Counted from the first letter of the stretch, positions 1-10,652 are shown. The stretch is 64,000 bases of DNA from Candidatus Altimarinota bacterium (GCA_046314355.1 JBKBWQ010000001.1:1555056-1619055), one strand, 5' to 3'. Made by a program: numbers and translations. Notes: a model not told the origin generated them from the sequence alone.

Positions 1-702
1 AGGATATGTGGTACTTTTTAATGCATAAGGCATTGTACTCTCTGGAATGTTCTTTGGAGCTATCCAGATTTTACACATAGTACTTGTCACTGTAGCTTGT
101 CCGTCAATGGACCAGTATGGTATAAACGATACTTCATCAAGATCACCATAATAATTATTGAAAGTTCCACTCCACGTCAACTGTCCTCCAGAGGCATCAG
201 TATAAAATTTCCCCTGAGGATTAGGTGTTCCTCCCATTTCAAATCTTGTATAAGGTGAGGGGAGAGAGTTTGCTCTTTGAAGTGCTGTTGCGTATGTTAT
301 AGCTGAACACGTCTGAGTGCCTAGTCCTGCATCATTACAGGCTCTCATACTATCAACTCTTGTTTTATACTGAGGTTCTCCAGCAATAGTTGTAAAAGTG
401 TGTACACCTAAGTCTATCACTCCATGAGGAAACACGCTTGGACAAGTTGCAAGTGCCCCATTATTGAAACTACATTTGATAGTATTAACTGTATTCTCTA
501 CCACCCAAGATACGGTACCTAAACCTCTTCCTCCGCCTAAAGTATAATCAAACATCGAAACAATAGGAGTGGGAGTGCCAGCCGCAGAAGCAGCAGGGAG
601 CATATCCCACATATTAGCCGGTACCGCATTACATAAGAATGCAGCGAGTGCCATATGGGCTATGAGTTTCTTTAATCTTGTTTTCATAAATATATTTTTC
701 AT
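1..702 (-). CDS. Secreted/surface protein, N-terminal part (runs off window edge; absent from ORF track)
   Basis: Hand translation from ATG 702 (or 687) is open to base 1: MKNIFMKTRLKKLIAHMALAAFLCNAVPA... signal-peptide-like; Thr/Gly/Cys-rich; co-oriented 30 bp after the SLH gene. Confidence 0.8.
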   Translation of the reverse strand, partial: MKNIFMKTRLKKLIAHMALAAFLCNAVPANMWDMLPAASAAGTPTPIVSMFDYTLGGGRGLGTVSWVVENTVNTIKCSFNNGALATCPSVFPHGVIDLGVHTFTTIAGEPQYKTRVDSMRACNDAGLGTQTCSAITYATALQRANSLPSPYTRFEMGGTPNPQGKFYTDASGGQLTWSGTFNNYYGDLDEVSFIPYWSIDGQATVTSTMCKIWIAPKNIPESTMPYALKSTTYP

Positions 703-732
703 ATGTGTATTTGTTTTTTGTAGGGGGTAGAG

Positions 733-3135
733 TTAGGAGTTCTTCTTTATGACTTCCATGATGATCTTCACGGCTTCGGCTCTTGTGATAGAGTTAGCCG
801 GTTTAAAGAGTACACGTCCGTTTTCTCTATATCCCTGTAGGAATGATTGTCCGTAAGAAACATATTTGCCGAACCAGATGCCTGGAGTGATATCCTGGAA
901 TATACTCGCGCTTGGTCTCTCTGATACTTCAGTTTTTGTAGCTTCAACGATAATCTTAAGTGCCTCAGCTCTGTTGATAGAAATATTTGGTTTAAATGTT
1001 CTATCCGCATATCCTGATATCATATTCTCAGCCTTGGCTGTTGCCACCACTGTAGCAAACCAATCCGTAAGACGTACGTCTATGAATGGTTTCTGTGAAA
1101 GATTTGTAATGATCTGTTTCTTGAAAGCATTAACCACTATCTTCGTAAGCTCAGCTCGCGTGATCAAGCTGTTTGGCTCAAAGAACCCAGGTTTTTTACC
1201 TTCGATGAGACAGTTAAGTCTAGCTTCTTCTATATAGTCCTCACCCCAATGATTCCTGATGTCTTTAAAGGACACCGCAGGTGTACATGTGGATCGTGCG
1301 TTATTAGTATTTGTATTCACTTCATCTCTCTTTCCAGCTCCGAAGTAATCTGAAGATTTATAGGAAACTACCCCTGATGAAGAGTAATTTGGAAGAGAGA
1401 TAGGAGGATTATCAGTAAATCTTACAAGTACGCTGTATATTCCGGTAGTAGTGGTATTAAAAGTAATTTGAGCATTAGTCTTTGAAATGATGTCTCCGGC
1501 TGGTACCGCTGTCCATTTATTTGTATAGGTATCGTATACGACAGGAATAATCTCCGCTATCGTCTTTCCTGCAGGTGTGATAGATGCAGGGTTGATGGTA
1601 AAGGTGATCTGTGATGGTATAAAGAAAGTGGTTGGATGAGACCCGTCATTTTTATTTACGAGCTCTACTTTATAGATACCTGTTGCGTAGCTTTTCTGCT
1701 CCGGCGGAGTAAAGTTCTCAGGGCTCTGAGGTATGATGCTTGGATCCACATGCATTAATGTTGCCTTTGCAGGGATGTGAAGAACTATCTCACCATTTCC
1801 TGCACTGAGATTCTTTTCTGTAGAAAGAGTAATCTCGTCTTTTATTAATACTGCAGAGATGAGGTTGCCATCCTTATCATATTTTTTGTCGATGATAATT
1901 TTACTTCCATTCTTATCTGTATACTCTGAATGTACTGTATATGATCCGTCTGGATTATAGGTATATGTTTCTACCAAGGTAGCGCCGTCAGGGTACGTAA
2001 TCTGATGCTTGATCAGTTTACCATCATGATACCACCACTCTTCAGTAGTAATGCCTGCAGGATCATATGTCTTTGTACGGATATACACATCGACATCTCC
2101 AGGGCTATGTTTTTCATACCTGATTTCTCTATTCTGCGTATCGTACCACCAGTGTTCTATTGTGCCATCTGGATATGTTTTAATGATTTCTGTGATATGT
2201 CCGTCTGCGGCATACCGTGTTTCAGTAATGATACCGTCAGGATATGTGGTTTCAATGACAGTCTTAGTGCCATCAGGATACTCAATAGTATGAACAGTCT
2301 TAGTGATGTTTCCGTCAGGATCCTTGTAGGTCTCAAGAGTATGATTGATTGTATCTCCGTTTGGATCTTTTTCAGTCCAAGTTTCTTTTATATATTGTGA
2401 ATCATCAGGGAATGTATGTGTCTCCTTGATCACAGTTCCAGAATTCGTTGTCTCGATGACTTCTGTTTCAACAATATGCCCTGAGGTGATGACAGGTAGC
2501 GCTTTATTTGCGAAATTTACTGCACTGCTCTCTTGATCAAGGTAAAATTCTCCTGAGCTTGCCAATGTTGGTGCAGCAAGTAGACGTAGAGATTTGAGTT
2601 CTACATCTGTATTGATTCTTCTATCATGGGTTGCAAAAGCGATTTGTGCGACCTTTTCTCTTGGTTTTGTAAAAGCTGTGTTTTTGTTAAACTGAAAACG
2701 CAGAGTTCCAGTCTCAGTCCCATTACTGTTTTTTATAATACCTGTTACAAAAGAATCCACCGTGACACCCGGCATTCCCTGTATGAGATTGAGATGTGCA
2801 GAAAGTATTGATGGGTTATAGGTCAGTACACCACTTAAAGAGTTGGAAGTAAGACTCCCACTGCCTGTCACAGAGTAAATATCAACGATCACCAAGCCGC
2901 TGCCGTAGAGTTTTCCATCATTTTCCAAAACTACACCTGTACCTGCTTTCAACACTTCACCGGATGCAGATAGAGTTTTATAGCCAAGATACATACCCTT
3001 TTCCTGAGCTACGGTATTTTGACTAATCAGATCACCACGCAGGAAGTTTCCTAGTGGTGATAAGAGCAGCAGCAGTATCGTCGCTATGGACGTCAAAGCT
3101 ACTCCTAGCCAAATATTTTTTTGTTTTTGTGTCAT
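733..3135 (-). CDS. S-layer homology (SLH) domain surface protein with central YD/'TYPDG' beta-hairpin repeats
   Basis: N-terminal TM/signal; repeated T-Y-P-D-G motifs; three C-terminal SLH repeats (F.D...W, F.PN..ITRAE). Confidence 0.85.
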   Translation of the reverse strand: MTQKQKNIWLGVALTSIATILLLLLSPLGNFLRGDLISQNTVAQEKGMYLGYKTLSASGEVLKAGTGVVLENDGKLYGSGLVIVDIYSVTGSGSLTSNSLSGVLTYNPSILSAHLNLIQGMPGVTVDSFVTGIIKNSNGTETGTLRFQFNKNTAFTKPREKVAQIAFATHDRRINTDVELKSLRLLAAPTLASSGEFYLDQESSAVNFANKALPVITSGHIVETEVIETTNSGTVIKETHTFPDDSQYIKETWTEKDPNGDTINHTLETYKDPDGNITKTVHTIEYPDGTKTVIETTYPDGIITETRYAADGHITEIIKTYPDGTIEHWWYDTQNREIRYEKHSPGDVDVYIRTKTYDPAGITTEEWWYHDGKLIKHQITYPDGATLVETYTYNPDGSYTVHSEYTDKNGSKIIIDKKYDKDGNLISAVLIKDEITLSTEKNLSAGNGEIVLHIPAKATLMHVDPSIIPQSPENFTPPEQKSYATGIYKVELVNKNDGSHPTTFFIPSQITFTINPASITPAGKTIAEIIPVVYDTYTNKWTAVPAGDIISKTNAQITFNTTTTGIYSVLVRFTDNPPISLPNYSSSGVVSYKSSDYFGAGKRDEVNTNTNNARSTCTPAVSFKDIRNHWGEDYIEEARLNCLIEGKKPGFFEPNSLITRAELTKIVVNAFKKQIITNLSQKPFIDVRLTDWFATVVATAKAENMISGYADRTFKPNISINRAEALKIIVEATKTEVSERPSASIFQDITPGIWFGKYVSYGQSFLQGYRENGRVLFKPANSITRAEAVKIIMEVIKKNS

Positions 3136-3241
3136 AATAGTACTTGATAGAAAAATCGCTTTCTGATTATTATACCATTTTCTACTCCGAAAAACGACAA
3201 CAATACTTGCCGTAATTTAATTATTAACCACAATACTATTT

Positions 3242-4321
3242 TTAAATGCTGAAGTCTCTGAGTACATTGATCAATTCTTTTGTCGCACTTACTGAATGCA
3301 TAGGAAAATTAGCGATTCTGATTAATTTATCCTTGTCCTCTCCATAACCGCTTCCTACGATAAAGTTATGAGATTTTGCGTATTCCATCAGATGACTAGA
3401 TCCCCAAGGGGTTGCGATGCCAAATACTGTGTCAGAACGCCACGTTTTGTTTTGTACTAGAGAATGGAGTACAGGACTATGATCAAGAAAGGTATACATG
3501 AGGTCTGCTTTTATTTTTATATCTTTTCTGATAGAAGGTAAATTGGAAAGCATATCTGATGCTACTTTTCCTAAAAGATAAATCCCTAAAATATTAGGTG
3601 TCTCAGGAGTAGAGAAGAGAGCTTCATAATGCGCAAGATTCGGAAAATTGTGATAGGTGCCAATGGATAGACCTTTACTTTGCAGCTTTCTGCTTTTTTC
3701 CAGACATTTTTCATTGATCACAAGTACACCCATTCCAGCGGGTAATCCAAACCCTTTTTGTATGGAAAAAAATACAGAATCTATCTTTGAAAAATCGATC
3801 TCTGCATAGGGTGCAGTGGTCACGATATCAAGGGCAATGAGAGCATTTGGATATTTTGCTTTTAGTGCATAAATCTCCTCAAGAGGCGCCATCACACATC
3901 CGCTTGTCTCACAATGAGACATCGTAATAAGCTCAGTATTTTCAGGCAGATCATAGGATGGAAAGTGAAACCCTTCACCGAGAGATGCAGTATAAATTAC
4001 TGGTTCTTTTTGCAGCTCCACCGCACAGTCATACATTCTCTTTGAAAAAGCACCATTTACAAAATGCACACTGGTTTTCTCTACACAATTCTCTATCAGT
4101 CTCTCCATGGCTTCTGTAGCTGATCCAAGAAAAAAGATATGAAAATCTTCCGGAATATTCAGAAGTTTTTTTAAATTTTCCTGACTTGCCCGGAAAATAT
4201 CGTGAAAAGCAGGACTTCTATGAGATATAGAGAAAATATGATCACGTTTTGCATCCTCCAGAAACTCATAGAGCTTAGGATAGTGCATCGTTGGTCCTGG
4301 TGTGAAATACTGTGGAGACAT
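3242..4321 (-). CDS. serC: Class V PLP aminotransferase, phosphoserine aminotransferase-like
   Basis: FTPGP, SHRS..F, FSIQKGFGLPAG (PLP lysine), TP.TP, RIANFP motifs. Confidence 0.7.
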   Translation of the reverse strand: MSPQYFTPGPTMHYPKLYEFLEDAKRDHIFSISHRSPAFHDIFRASQENLKKLLNIPEDFHIFFLGSATEAMERLIENCVEKTSVHFVNGAFSKRMYDCAVELQKEPVIYTASLGEGFHFPSYDLPENTELITMSHCETSGCVMAPLEEIYALKAKYPNALIALDIVTTAPYAEIDFSKIDSVFFSIQKGFGLPAGMGVLVINEKCLEKSRKLQSKGLSIGTYHNFPNLAHYEALFSTPETPNILGIYLLGKVASDMLSNLPSIRKDIKIKADLMYTFLDHSPVLHSLVQNKTWRSDTVFGIATPWGSSHLMEYAKSHNFIVGSGYGEDKDKLIRIANFPMHSVSATKELINVLRDFSI

Positions 4322-4458
4322 AAAATAACGCGTTGTATAAAACGGAGTGAGTATAGTTGAGGTAGGTAGAAAAAAGCAAAGAAATTGGTGAATTTATTTT
4401 AAGGTGAGTATTTTAAAATAGATAACTATGAAAACCTTCTTCATACCATAAGGGTACC

Positions 4459-4776
4459 TTAATATCTTTCTACGCCTAAATCCGCCTCCTGAGAAAAACG
4501 ATCTATTCCACCTTCCAAGTTGTAAATCTCCGTAAACCCATTTTCATCTAAATACTCACATGCTTGTATACTTCTTATTCCATGATGACAATAGAGTACA
4601 AGAGGAGTATTTCTTGGAAATACGTCTATCTTTAATGGGAGGAGATGGAGAGGAATATGTACCCCTCCAATATTGACTAGTTCACGTTCCTCGGAGGTAC
4701 GTACATCGATCACTATCGCATCGGGGTGTTTTTCCAGGAATGTAGCATACTCTAAAGCAGGCAGCTGATGTATCAT
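4459..4776 (-). CDS. Single-domain rhodanese (sulfurtransferase)
   Basis: IDVRT..E, active-site loop YCHHGIRS, NLEGGI. Confidence 0.9.
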   Translation of the reverse strand: MIHQLPALEYATFLEKHPDAIVIDVRTSEERELVNIGGVHIPLHLLPLKIDVFPRNTPLVLYCHHGIRSIQACEYLDENGFTEIYNLEGGIDRFSQEADLGVERY

Positions 4777-4802
4777 TTTGTATACTTAAAAATCTTATAC
4801 AA

Positions 4803-4830
4803 ATAGTATGCACTTTGTACTAGTAAGCAA
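4803..4830 (-). promoter_or_regulatory. Sigma70-like promoter TTGCTT-16-TACTAT for rhodanese gene
   Basis: Hexamers and spacing read from sequence. Confidence 0.45.
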
Positions 4831-4876
4831 GAGCTAGATCTTTATTTCACTAAGATCTATGAAATCACAGAATAGG

Positions 4877-4904
4877 TTGAACTAAAAAGCCTTTGCACTA
4901 GTAT
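4877..4904 (+). promoter_or_regulatory. Sigma70-like promoter TTGAAC-16-TAGTAT
   Basis: Directly upstream of ATG 4932. Confidence 0.45.
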
Positions 4905-4931
4905 GGGTATATAATAATTAGTTTTCTTTCT

Positions 4932-6308
4932 ATGCAGCTTCCCGAAATCTTTAAGGCGCAATTTGATGAACTTCTTCCTGTAGAGGAACAGAATGCTCTT
5001 TTTGCAACTATAGAATCCGGAGAAGCTTCTACTTCAGTGCGCTATAATCCTTTGAAAAAGGCTCAGAGAATGGATGGAAAAACCATCCCGTGGTCTGAGA
5101 ATGGTATTATTCTGCCTGAACGGCCGGACTTTACTCATGATCCGCTTTTTCAGGCCGGTACATATTATGTCCAAGATGCCAGCACACAGCTTTTGGAATA
5201 TTTTATAAAAGAAATTCAGAAAGAAGCAAAAATTGAAACAGTACTGGATCTCTGTGCTGCTCCAGGAGGGAAAACTACCCATCTCTTGTCTCTTTTAGGG
5301 GAAGATACTCTAGTGATCGCCAATGAAGTCATCGCGACCCGTACCAAGATGCTTTATGAAAATACTGGTAAATGGGGATATCCGAATCTTGTGCTTATCA
5401 ATAAAGATCCTAAATATCTCTCGCATGTGGCAGACTACTTTGACTGTATTGTCGTAGATGCGCCATGCAGCGGAGAAGGATTATTTAGAAAGGATCCAGG
5501 AGCAGTAGATGAATGGTCTCCTGAACAGGTCATGCAGTGCAGTCTCCGGCAAAAGCGTATCCTCTCTGATGCTCTGATTGCTTTGAAGCCGGGAGGCTAC
5601 CTGATCTATAGTACCTGCACATACAATTATCTTGAGGATGAATATATCGTGGAATGGCTGCAGGAGGATTTTGGCTTTGAAGGACAGCATTTCGACTTGC
5701 CTGAGGTGTGGAACCTGTCTGCCACAGAAGCGGAGAATACTTCCTGTTTTAGGACATTCCCGCATAGGATTGAAGGAGAAGGCTTCTTCATTGCAGTACT
5801 CAAAAAACCTCTTGATCAAAGGGCATTAAAGCCTGTGAGAGACCGAAAATCTGCATTTACCCTGAAGCCGCTTGCCGAAAAAGCAGTTACAGCTTGGTTT
5901 AAGGAGCCTAAAAAATATATGCTTTTTGAGGATCATGGAACTATTATTGCTTTCCCAAAAAAGCATTTTGAAAATTTTCAGAATCTTGCAAAGGAACTGT
6001 GGCCGGATAGTTTCGGGATAAAGGTAGCTGAGAGAAAGGGACGCGATATTGTCCCGACTCACGACCTTGCACTCTCCACTATTCTTCGTGAAGATGCATT
6101 CCAAACTCTTGAAGTCTCAAAGGAAGCTGCCCAGCAGTTTCAGAAAAAGGAACCGCTCACTCTTGATGAACTGAATATTTCTGCACAGACTGGAAATCTT
6201 GAGGGATATGTCCTGCTTACATTTCAGCAAATACCGCTGGGATTTATAAAGGTATCCAATAAAAAAATATCCAATCTTTACCCAATGGATTGGCGCGTAA
6301 GAAGATAG
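4932..6308 (+). CDS. rsmF: RsmF/NOL1/NOP2/Sun family RNA m5C methyltransferase
   Basis: YYVQDAS, LDLCAAPGGKT, VDAPCSGEG, YSTCT motifs; C-terminal extension ending NLYP..WR. Confidence 0.85.
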   Translation: MQLPEIFKAQFDELLPVEEQNALFATIESGEASTSVRYNPLKKAQRMDGKTIPWSENGIILPERPDFTHDPLFQAGTYYVQDASTQLLEYFIKEIQKEAKIETVLDLCAAPGGKTTHLLSLLGEDTLVIANEVIATRTKMLYENTGKWGYPNLVLINKDPKYLSHVADYFDCIVVDAPCSGEGLFRKDPGAVDEWSPEQVMQCSLRQKRILSDALIALKPGGYLIYSTCTYNYLEDEYIVEWLQEDFGFEGQHFDLPEVWNLSATEAENTSCFRTFPHRIEGEGFFIAVLKKPLDQRALKPVRDRKSAFTLKPLAEKAVTAWFKEPKKYMLFEDHGTIIAFPKKHFENFQNLAKELWPDSFGIKVAERKGRDIVPTHDLALSTILREDAFQTLEVSKEAAQQFQKKEPLTLDELNISAQTGNLEGYVLLTFQQIPLGFIKVSNKKISNLYPMDWRVRR

Positions 6309-6310
6309 TC

Positions 6311-7078
6311 TTAGTACCTAAGTGTGTGGAGACGCTGCTTGATATGATATAAATTGATCAGTTTCTTAAGGATGAATTTTTCTTCACGAAGTTCTGAATG
6401 CGATAGACTCTTAGTATAGATAGGATCCACTTCCAGCTGAAATGAAATATCTTCAAGATATTTCAGATTTAAGATAGTGAGTGGTTTGTGAAACACAGTA
6501 AGCTGCTTTATATGTCCGCATAGTTCCTGCATATATATAGAATTGCCCTCACAATCCAGTACTGTCTCCAGGTCAGCTTTATAGGTTAGAAAACTATACA
6601 TATAGGTAAGTATAATATAGCTTTTTACAGAAACGGGGTAACAGAGATGTGCATGTTTTGAAATATACTCATTGTAGGCGGCAAGGTATACAATTTCTTC
6701 CAATAATACACTGGCAGGTAAAGTATCCATCTGATCAAAGAGCTCAGCTATTGTGAAGCGTGGAGGACGTTTAAGGAGCTTCAAATCAAACTTACGAAGC
6801 TCCTTATCTATCAAAAAGATATCATCTTCCTGCGTAAGAAACCCTTCCTTTTGATCTTGAAACAGCTGTTTCAATTCTGGAGTGACATCCATATCCCTAG
6901 AAACTTCAAGGGCATTAGCCGAAAGATTCGAGGACTGTACTGTTAGCAGCGACTGTATCTGCTCAATAGTAACTTTTGAAGCTAAGTTGACGGAGGTGTC
7001 TGCACATACTGGATTATTTGGCCAGAGAGGATTTGTACTCGGATCCTTAAGTGTATATCGCTCAAATTGCCGGTCCAT
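6311..7078 (-). CDS. Hypothetical protein
   Basis: 255-aa ORF with an upstream promoter; no motif recognised. Confidence 0.65.
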   Translation of the reverse strand: MDRQFERYTLKDPSTNPLWPNNPVCADTSVNLASKVTIEQIQSLLTVQSSNLSANALEVSRDMDVTPELKQLFQDQKEGFLTQEDDIFLIDKELRKFDLKLLKRPPRFTIAELFDQMDTLPASVLLEEIVYLAAYNEYISKHAHLCYPVSVKSYIILTYMYSFLTYKADLETVLDCEGNSIYMQELCGHIKQLTVFHKPLTILNLKYLEDISFQLEVDPIYTKSLSHSELREEKFILKKLINLYHIKQRLHTLRY

Positions 7079-7105
7079 AAGTAGAGTATGACATTTATTA
7101 TGCGA

Positions 7106-7133
7106 ATATTATTGTATTACTCGTAGTTGTCAA
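7106..7133 (-). promoter_or_regulatory. Promoter TTGACA-16-TAATAT
   Basis: Perfect -35 upstream of ATG 7078. Confidence 0.6.
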
Positions 7134-7147
7134 TTCTCTTCAAAAAT

Positions 7148-7657
7148 TTATACATTTCCTTTGCTAAGTTCGAGCCTCTTATTATATCTCATATGTAAGA
7201 TTACACAGATCAAGATTACAATATATGCCGTCAGTGCAAGGAATGGTATGGTAATAAATCCAAGATATTCCACCTGCAGCGCGCTGCATGGACTATTGAG
7301 AGTACATGGAGTATTGATAGGCAGCTTCACATGCTGAAGCAGGTAGTGAAAGATGCTTAGAGGAATTCCAAGTAAAGGGAAGGGAAGAATATAGTCTGTA
7401 AATTTCTTATCCTTCTTTAGCAGTCCTACAAGACTTATGAATACAAGCGGGTACATAAGTATTCTTGAAAACCAGCAAAGCTCACATGGTGTAAATCCAT
7501 AAGAGACAAAAGGTGTGCCGTTCATGAAATTCATTACAGGGTCTCCGAAGGTAGAGTAATAGAGAGAACCAAGAGTCGCGAGGAGTGCTTGTACGAAAAT
7601 AATATACTGCAGCATTCGTTGTTTTTTTGAGATAGCTACTGCCTGTTTTGTGTCCAT
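7148..7657 (-). CDS. Disulfide bond formation protein, DsbB/BdbC family
   Basis: Four TM segments; PCELCWFSRILMYP first Cys pair; second pair C..NSPC; GFITIPFL. Confidence 0.9.
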   Translation of the reverse strand: MDTKQAVAISKKQRMLQYIIFVQALLATLGSLYYSTFGDPVMNFMNGTPFVSYGFTPCELCWFSRILMYPLVFISLVGLLKKDKKFTDYILPFPLLGIPLSIFHYLLQHVKLPINTPCTLNSPCSALQVEYLGFITIPFLALTAYIVILICVILHMRYNKRLELSKGNV

Positions 7658-7733
7658 GAAAGAAAAATAGGAAATCTGTGTATACTGACTCTACTTGCAG
7701 TGAGTAAAAAGTAAAGTGAGCTTTGAATATATG

Positions 7734-7765
7734 AGAAAAGAGACCCTAGGTAGGATCTCTTTTCT
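7734..7765. terminator. Intrinsic terminator hairpin
   Basis: AGAAAAGAGA...TCTCTTTTCT inverted repeat just after the stop at 7778. Confidence 0.6.
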
Positions 7766-7777
7766 TGCAGTTTGAGC

Positions 7778-9574
7778 TTACTTTATATCCACCAAAGCTT
7801 GTCCGTAGAAGCTAATAATCTTTGGTGCATCTTGAGAGGATTCTACTTTTTCTGCTTCAATGGAATTCATTTGGAATTTAACGCGTAGTTTTTCATTTTC
7901 GAAAAGATAGCTCATTTTTTCTGCTGATGTGGAATTGCCTTTCAGTGCTTCAGAACAGTTTTGTTTTGCGACCTCATTGAGATAGTCCCGCATATTGATT
8001 GCGGCTATCTCCGCTCCTGCTTCTTTTATTCTTACTGTAAAAGTATCATGATCTGTTGTAAGGGTATAGTTTTTACCAGAGATAGACATATTCTGTGGTT
8101 GAGTATTTGGAGAATAGATATTCTCACTTATATTACTGAGATAAAGATCATACCCTGAGACATCTATGCTTGACTCTGTGTTCTCTGTACGAATATAACA
8201 AGTCACTGTTCCCCGATTCCACCCTAAGAAGCTCGTAGCAGGATCAAGATTGAGCAGAGAAATTATTTCACCCCGAGAGAGTGCACTAATATCTTTATCA
8301 AACCATGGGGCAAGCACTTGTATAGAATGGGTGTTATCCAGGTAACTCACAATATTGGATATTCTATCTGCGTCAGATCCTCCAATCGGTGAAGGGATTG
8401 CAACTACTTTGTTGTCCTTGAATGCTCCGTTTTTTTCAAGTAATTCTGAGAGCTCATGCATCTGACTGTTCTTTGAAACCTCTCCTATACTCCATGGACC
8501 TATGGATCCGATGAGTATAATAACCAGCAGTGAGAGTGAGAGAACCTCTAGTCTCTTCTGACGGCTGATAATAAAATAGAGAGACGTAATACTCAGCCAG
8601 ACTCCTCCAGCAAGAAGAGCATATCTGCTTTCAGTGATGCCGACACTATCTATACGGAGCCATGTTGCCAAGAAAAGCATCACTACTTGAGGGAGCAGTA
8701 TCAGGAAGAAGAGTGGCTTCCAAATACGAGCGTTTTTATGTTCAGAAAGTCTGCTATGTAGGATGACAAAGGTAAGTAATCCAATGATAGAGAATCCAAG
8801 TACCAGCAATGCTACTTGTCCATTTGGCCACATACCTGTGAAAAGAATTTTTGCAGAATATGTATAAAGAATAGCAAAATAAATAACTGTAGCTGGAAAT
8901 GCAATATACAAAGCAAACCACTGCAGCGGAAATGCCACCTGGGAATGAGGCTGCACCTTGCTGGATGCTACTGGTATTCTTGAGAGAAAAAATACGGGAC
9001 TGAATAATGCGGTTACTATAATCCAGAAATCCGTATAAGTGGTGCTTGAGATATCTACACTGAAAAGCAGGCTGATACTTCCAAATGCCACAGTAATAGC
9101 TATGAAAATACAAACTGCGCAGAATATTGTGACGATAGCGTTGAAAAGCAGTGATACTACGTGCTCCCAATAATATTCTTTTATATTACTCAAAGGTACT
9201 AGAGTCATCAGTACAAGTCCCAATACAAATATAATAAGCGAATAGATTATATATATTGCAGGAGCAGCACTAAGTGGAAAGGGAAGTATAAAATAATAAG
9301 CTGCAATAAGCGCAACGAAGCCCAGGTAGCTTCCTATCTTTCCTAGGAATGGAAGCTGCTTTTTTTCCAAAAAGAAAGATAAAGCAACGCTTGCTGGAAA
9401 AAGAGTTACAAAGATAAGTAGGAATCTGCGTACTATATCTGAATCCTGATTGTGCGTAAATGAGATGCCAAACACCGTAATAAGTGCAGCAAGTAGTATG
9501 GAGAGAGGAAACCTGTTGATTGATGTACGGACAGCTTGAAATATATTTTCGAAGGACCAGGAAAATATGTGCAT
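7778..9574 (-). CDS. DUF4153-like polytopic membrane protein
   Basis: RFP near N-terminus, many TMs, ILY.Y..KI....WP.G, RI...GITESRY, GPWS...VS..SQ; start moved to ATG 9574, downstream of the promoter. Confidence 0.8.
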   Translation of the reverse strand: MHIFSWSFENIFQAVRTSINRFPLSILLAALITVFGISFTHNQDSDIVRRFLLIFVTLFPASVALSFFLEKKQLPFLGKIGSYLGFVALIAAYYFILPFPLSAAPAIYIIYSLIIFVLGLVLMTLVPLSNIKEYYWEHVVSLLFNAIVTIFCAVCIFIAITVAFGSISLLFSVDISSTTYTDFWIIVTALFSPVFFLSRIPVASSKVQPHSQVAFPLQWFALYIAFPATVIYFAILYTYSAKILFTGMWPNGQVALLVLGFSIIGLLTFVILHSRLSEHKNARIWKPLFFLILLPQVVMLFLATWLRIDSVGITESRYALLAGGVWLSITSLYFIISRQKRLEVLSLSLLVIILIGSIGPWSIGEVSKNSQMHELSELLEKNGAFKDNKVVAIPSPIGGSDADRISNIVSYLDNTHSIQVLAPWFDKDISALSRGEIISLLNLDPATSFLGWNRGTVTCYIRTENTESSIDVSGYDLYLSNISENIYSPNTQPQNMSISGKNYTLTTDHDTFTVRIKEAGAEIAAINMRDYLNEVAKQNCSEALKGNSTSAEKMSYLFENEKLRVKFQMNSIEAEKVESSQDAPKIISFYGQALVDIK

Positions 9575-9599
9575 AGAGTGGAGTAAAGATAATGACTCT

Positions 9600-9627
9600 A
9601 TTGTACTCCTTGAGTATGAAAGGTCAA
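9600..9627 (-). promoter_or_regulatory. Promoter TTGACC-16-TACAAT
   Basis: Near-consensus hexamers 25 nt before ATG 9574. Confidence 0.6.
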
Positions 9628-9651
9628 ATATCACATTTGTGAAGGATATTT

Positions 9652-10347
9652 CTATTTTACTGCAAGCATAATTCCTAGGGTTTTGGAGTATTTTGAAGGC
9701 TTGAGATGTCTAATAGTAAATCCATTTTTTTCAAAAATTTCTATTAATTCTTTGTGACTTCTGCCGAAGTGTTCATGATATTCCATAAAAATAGCCTGTA
9801 TTTTTGAAAAAGTTTCAGGGGAAGTACTTTCAAAAATATCATATTCAGCTCCTTCACAATCGATTTTTAGCAAAGAACAGATTTCAATGTTATTTTCTTT
9901 CATAATATCATCAAGGGAAATACCTGGAACTATTTTGTACTGCTTTGCGTCTTTAGCATAAGGCTCACAGAGAGAGTTATTGTGGTTATTGTTACTGATA
10001 TTGAGGTATACATCTTCAGTGGTCCCAGCTGCTGCCATATGAAATGCTGTAATTTTCTGCAGAGCATTCTGCTTTATATTTTGAGTGAGTAATTCAAAGT
10101 TATCAACTGCAGCTTCATAGGCAATGATAGGTACTGAATGATTGAGTGACCGTACAAAAAACTCAAAGGTACCAATATGAGCACCAATATCGATGATGCA
10201 ATCAGAAGCTTCTTTTATAAGTTTTTTGCAAATCTTATAGTCTTGATCAATAAGGACCTCTTCAATAACTGACTCATCAGTGGAGTCACGAAAGAGGATG
10301 TTATACGTATATTTTCCTACGCTTATTTGTTTAGTACGATGAGACAT
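9652..10347 (-). CDS. FkbM family SAM-dependent methyltransferase
   Basis: IIDIGAHIG, LLKIDCEGAEYDI, MEYH motifs; likely start MSHRTK at 10347. Confidence 0.85.
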   Translation of the reverse strand: MSHRTKQISVGKYTYNILFRDSTDESVIEEVLIDQDYKICKKLIKEASDCIIDIGAHIGTFEFFVRSLNHSVPIIAYEAAVDNFELLTQNIKQNALQKITAFHMAAAGTTEDVYLNISNNNHNNSLCEPYAKDAKQYKIVPGISLDDIMKENNIEICSLLKIDCEGAEYDIFESTSPETFSKIQAIFMEYHEHFGRSHKELIEIFEKNGFTIRHLKPSKYSKTLGIMLAVK

Positions 10348-10499
10348 TATTCGGTGTAATATGCATGATGAGTCGATTGTATCAAATGAATGAATAAGCC
10401 ACAATAATAACACATATTCTTATGTAAATATGTTACTCAGCTATTTACAAAATAAATCTAAAGGTTACAATGAACTATTACATAATAACTTCCTACACT

Positions 10500-10646
10500 A
10501 TGCTTTGGAACATACTAGTAGTATTGCTTGTACTTTGGCTTCTTGGACTCGTAAGCTCCAATACTTTAGGAGGATACATCCATGTTCTTCTTGTGGTAGC
10601 AGTTGTACTCTTTGTGGTGCAGATGCTTACTGGAAAGAGACCATAA
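10500..10646 (+). CDS. Small membrane protein, lmo0937-like (48 aa; below ORF-track cutoff)
   Basis: MLWNILVVLLVLWLLGLVSSNTLGGYIHVLLVVAVVLFVVQMLTGKRP; pattern LWLLG...GG.IH.LLV.A; followed by a terminator. Confidence 0.85.
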   Translation: MLWNILVVLLVLWLLGLVSSNTLGGYIHVLLVVAVVLFVVQMLTGKRP

Positions 10647-10652
10647 AACGAT

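Noticed and set aside
733-3135. Rhs/YD polymorphic toxin
   Set aside because: No Rhs core end motif (PxxxxDPxG), toxin tip or immunity gene; the C-terminus is SLH.
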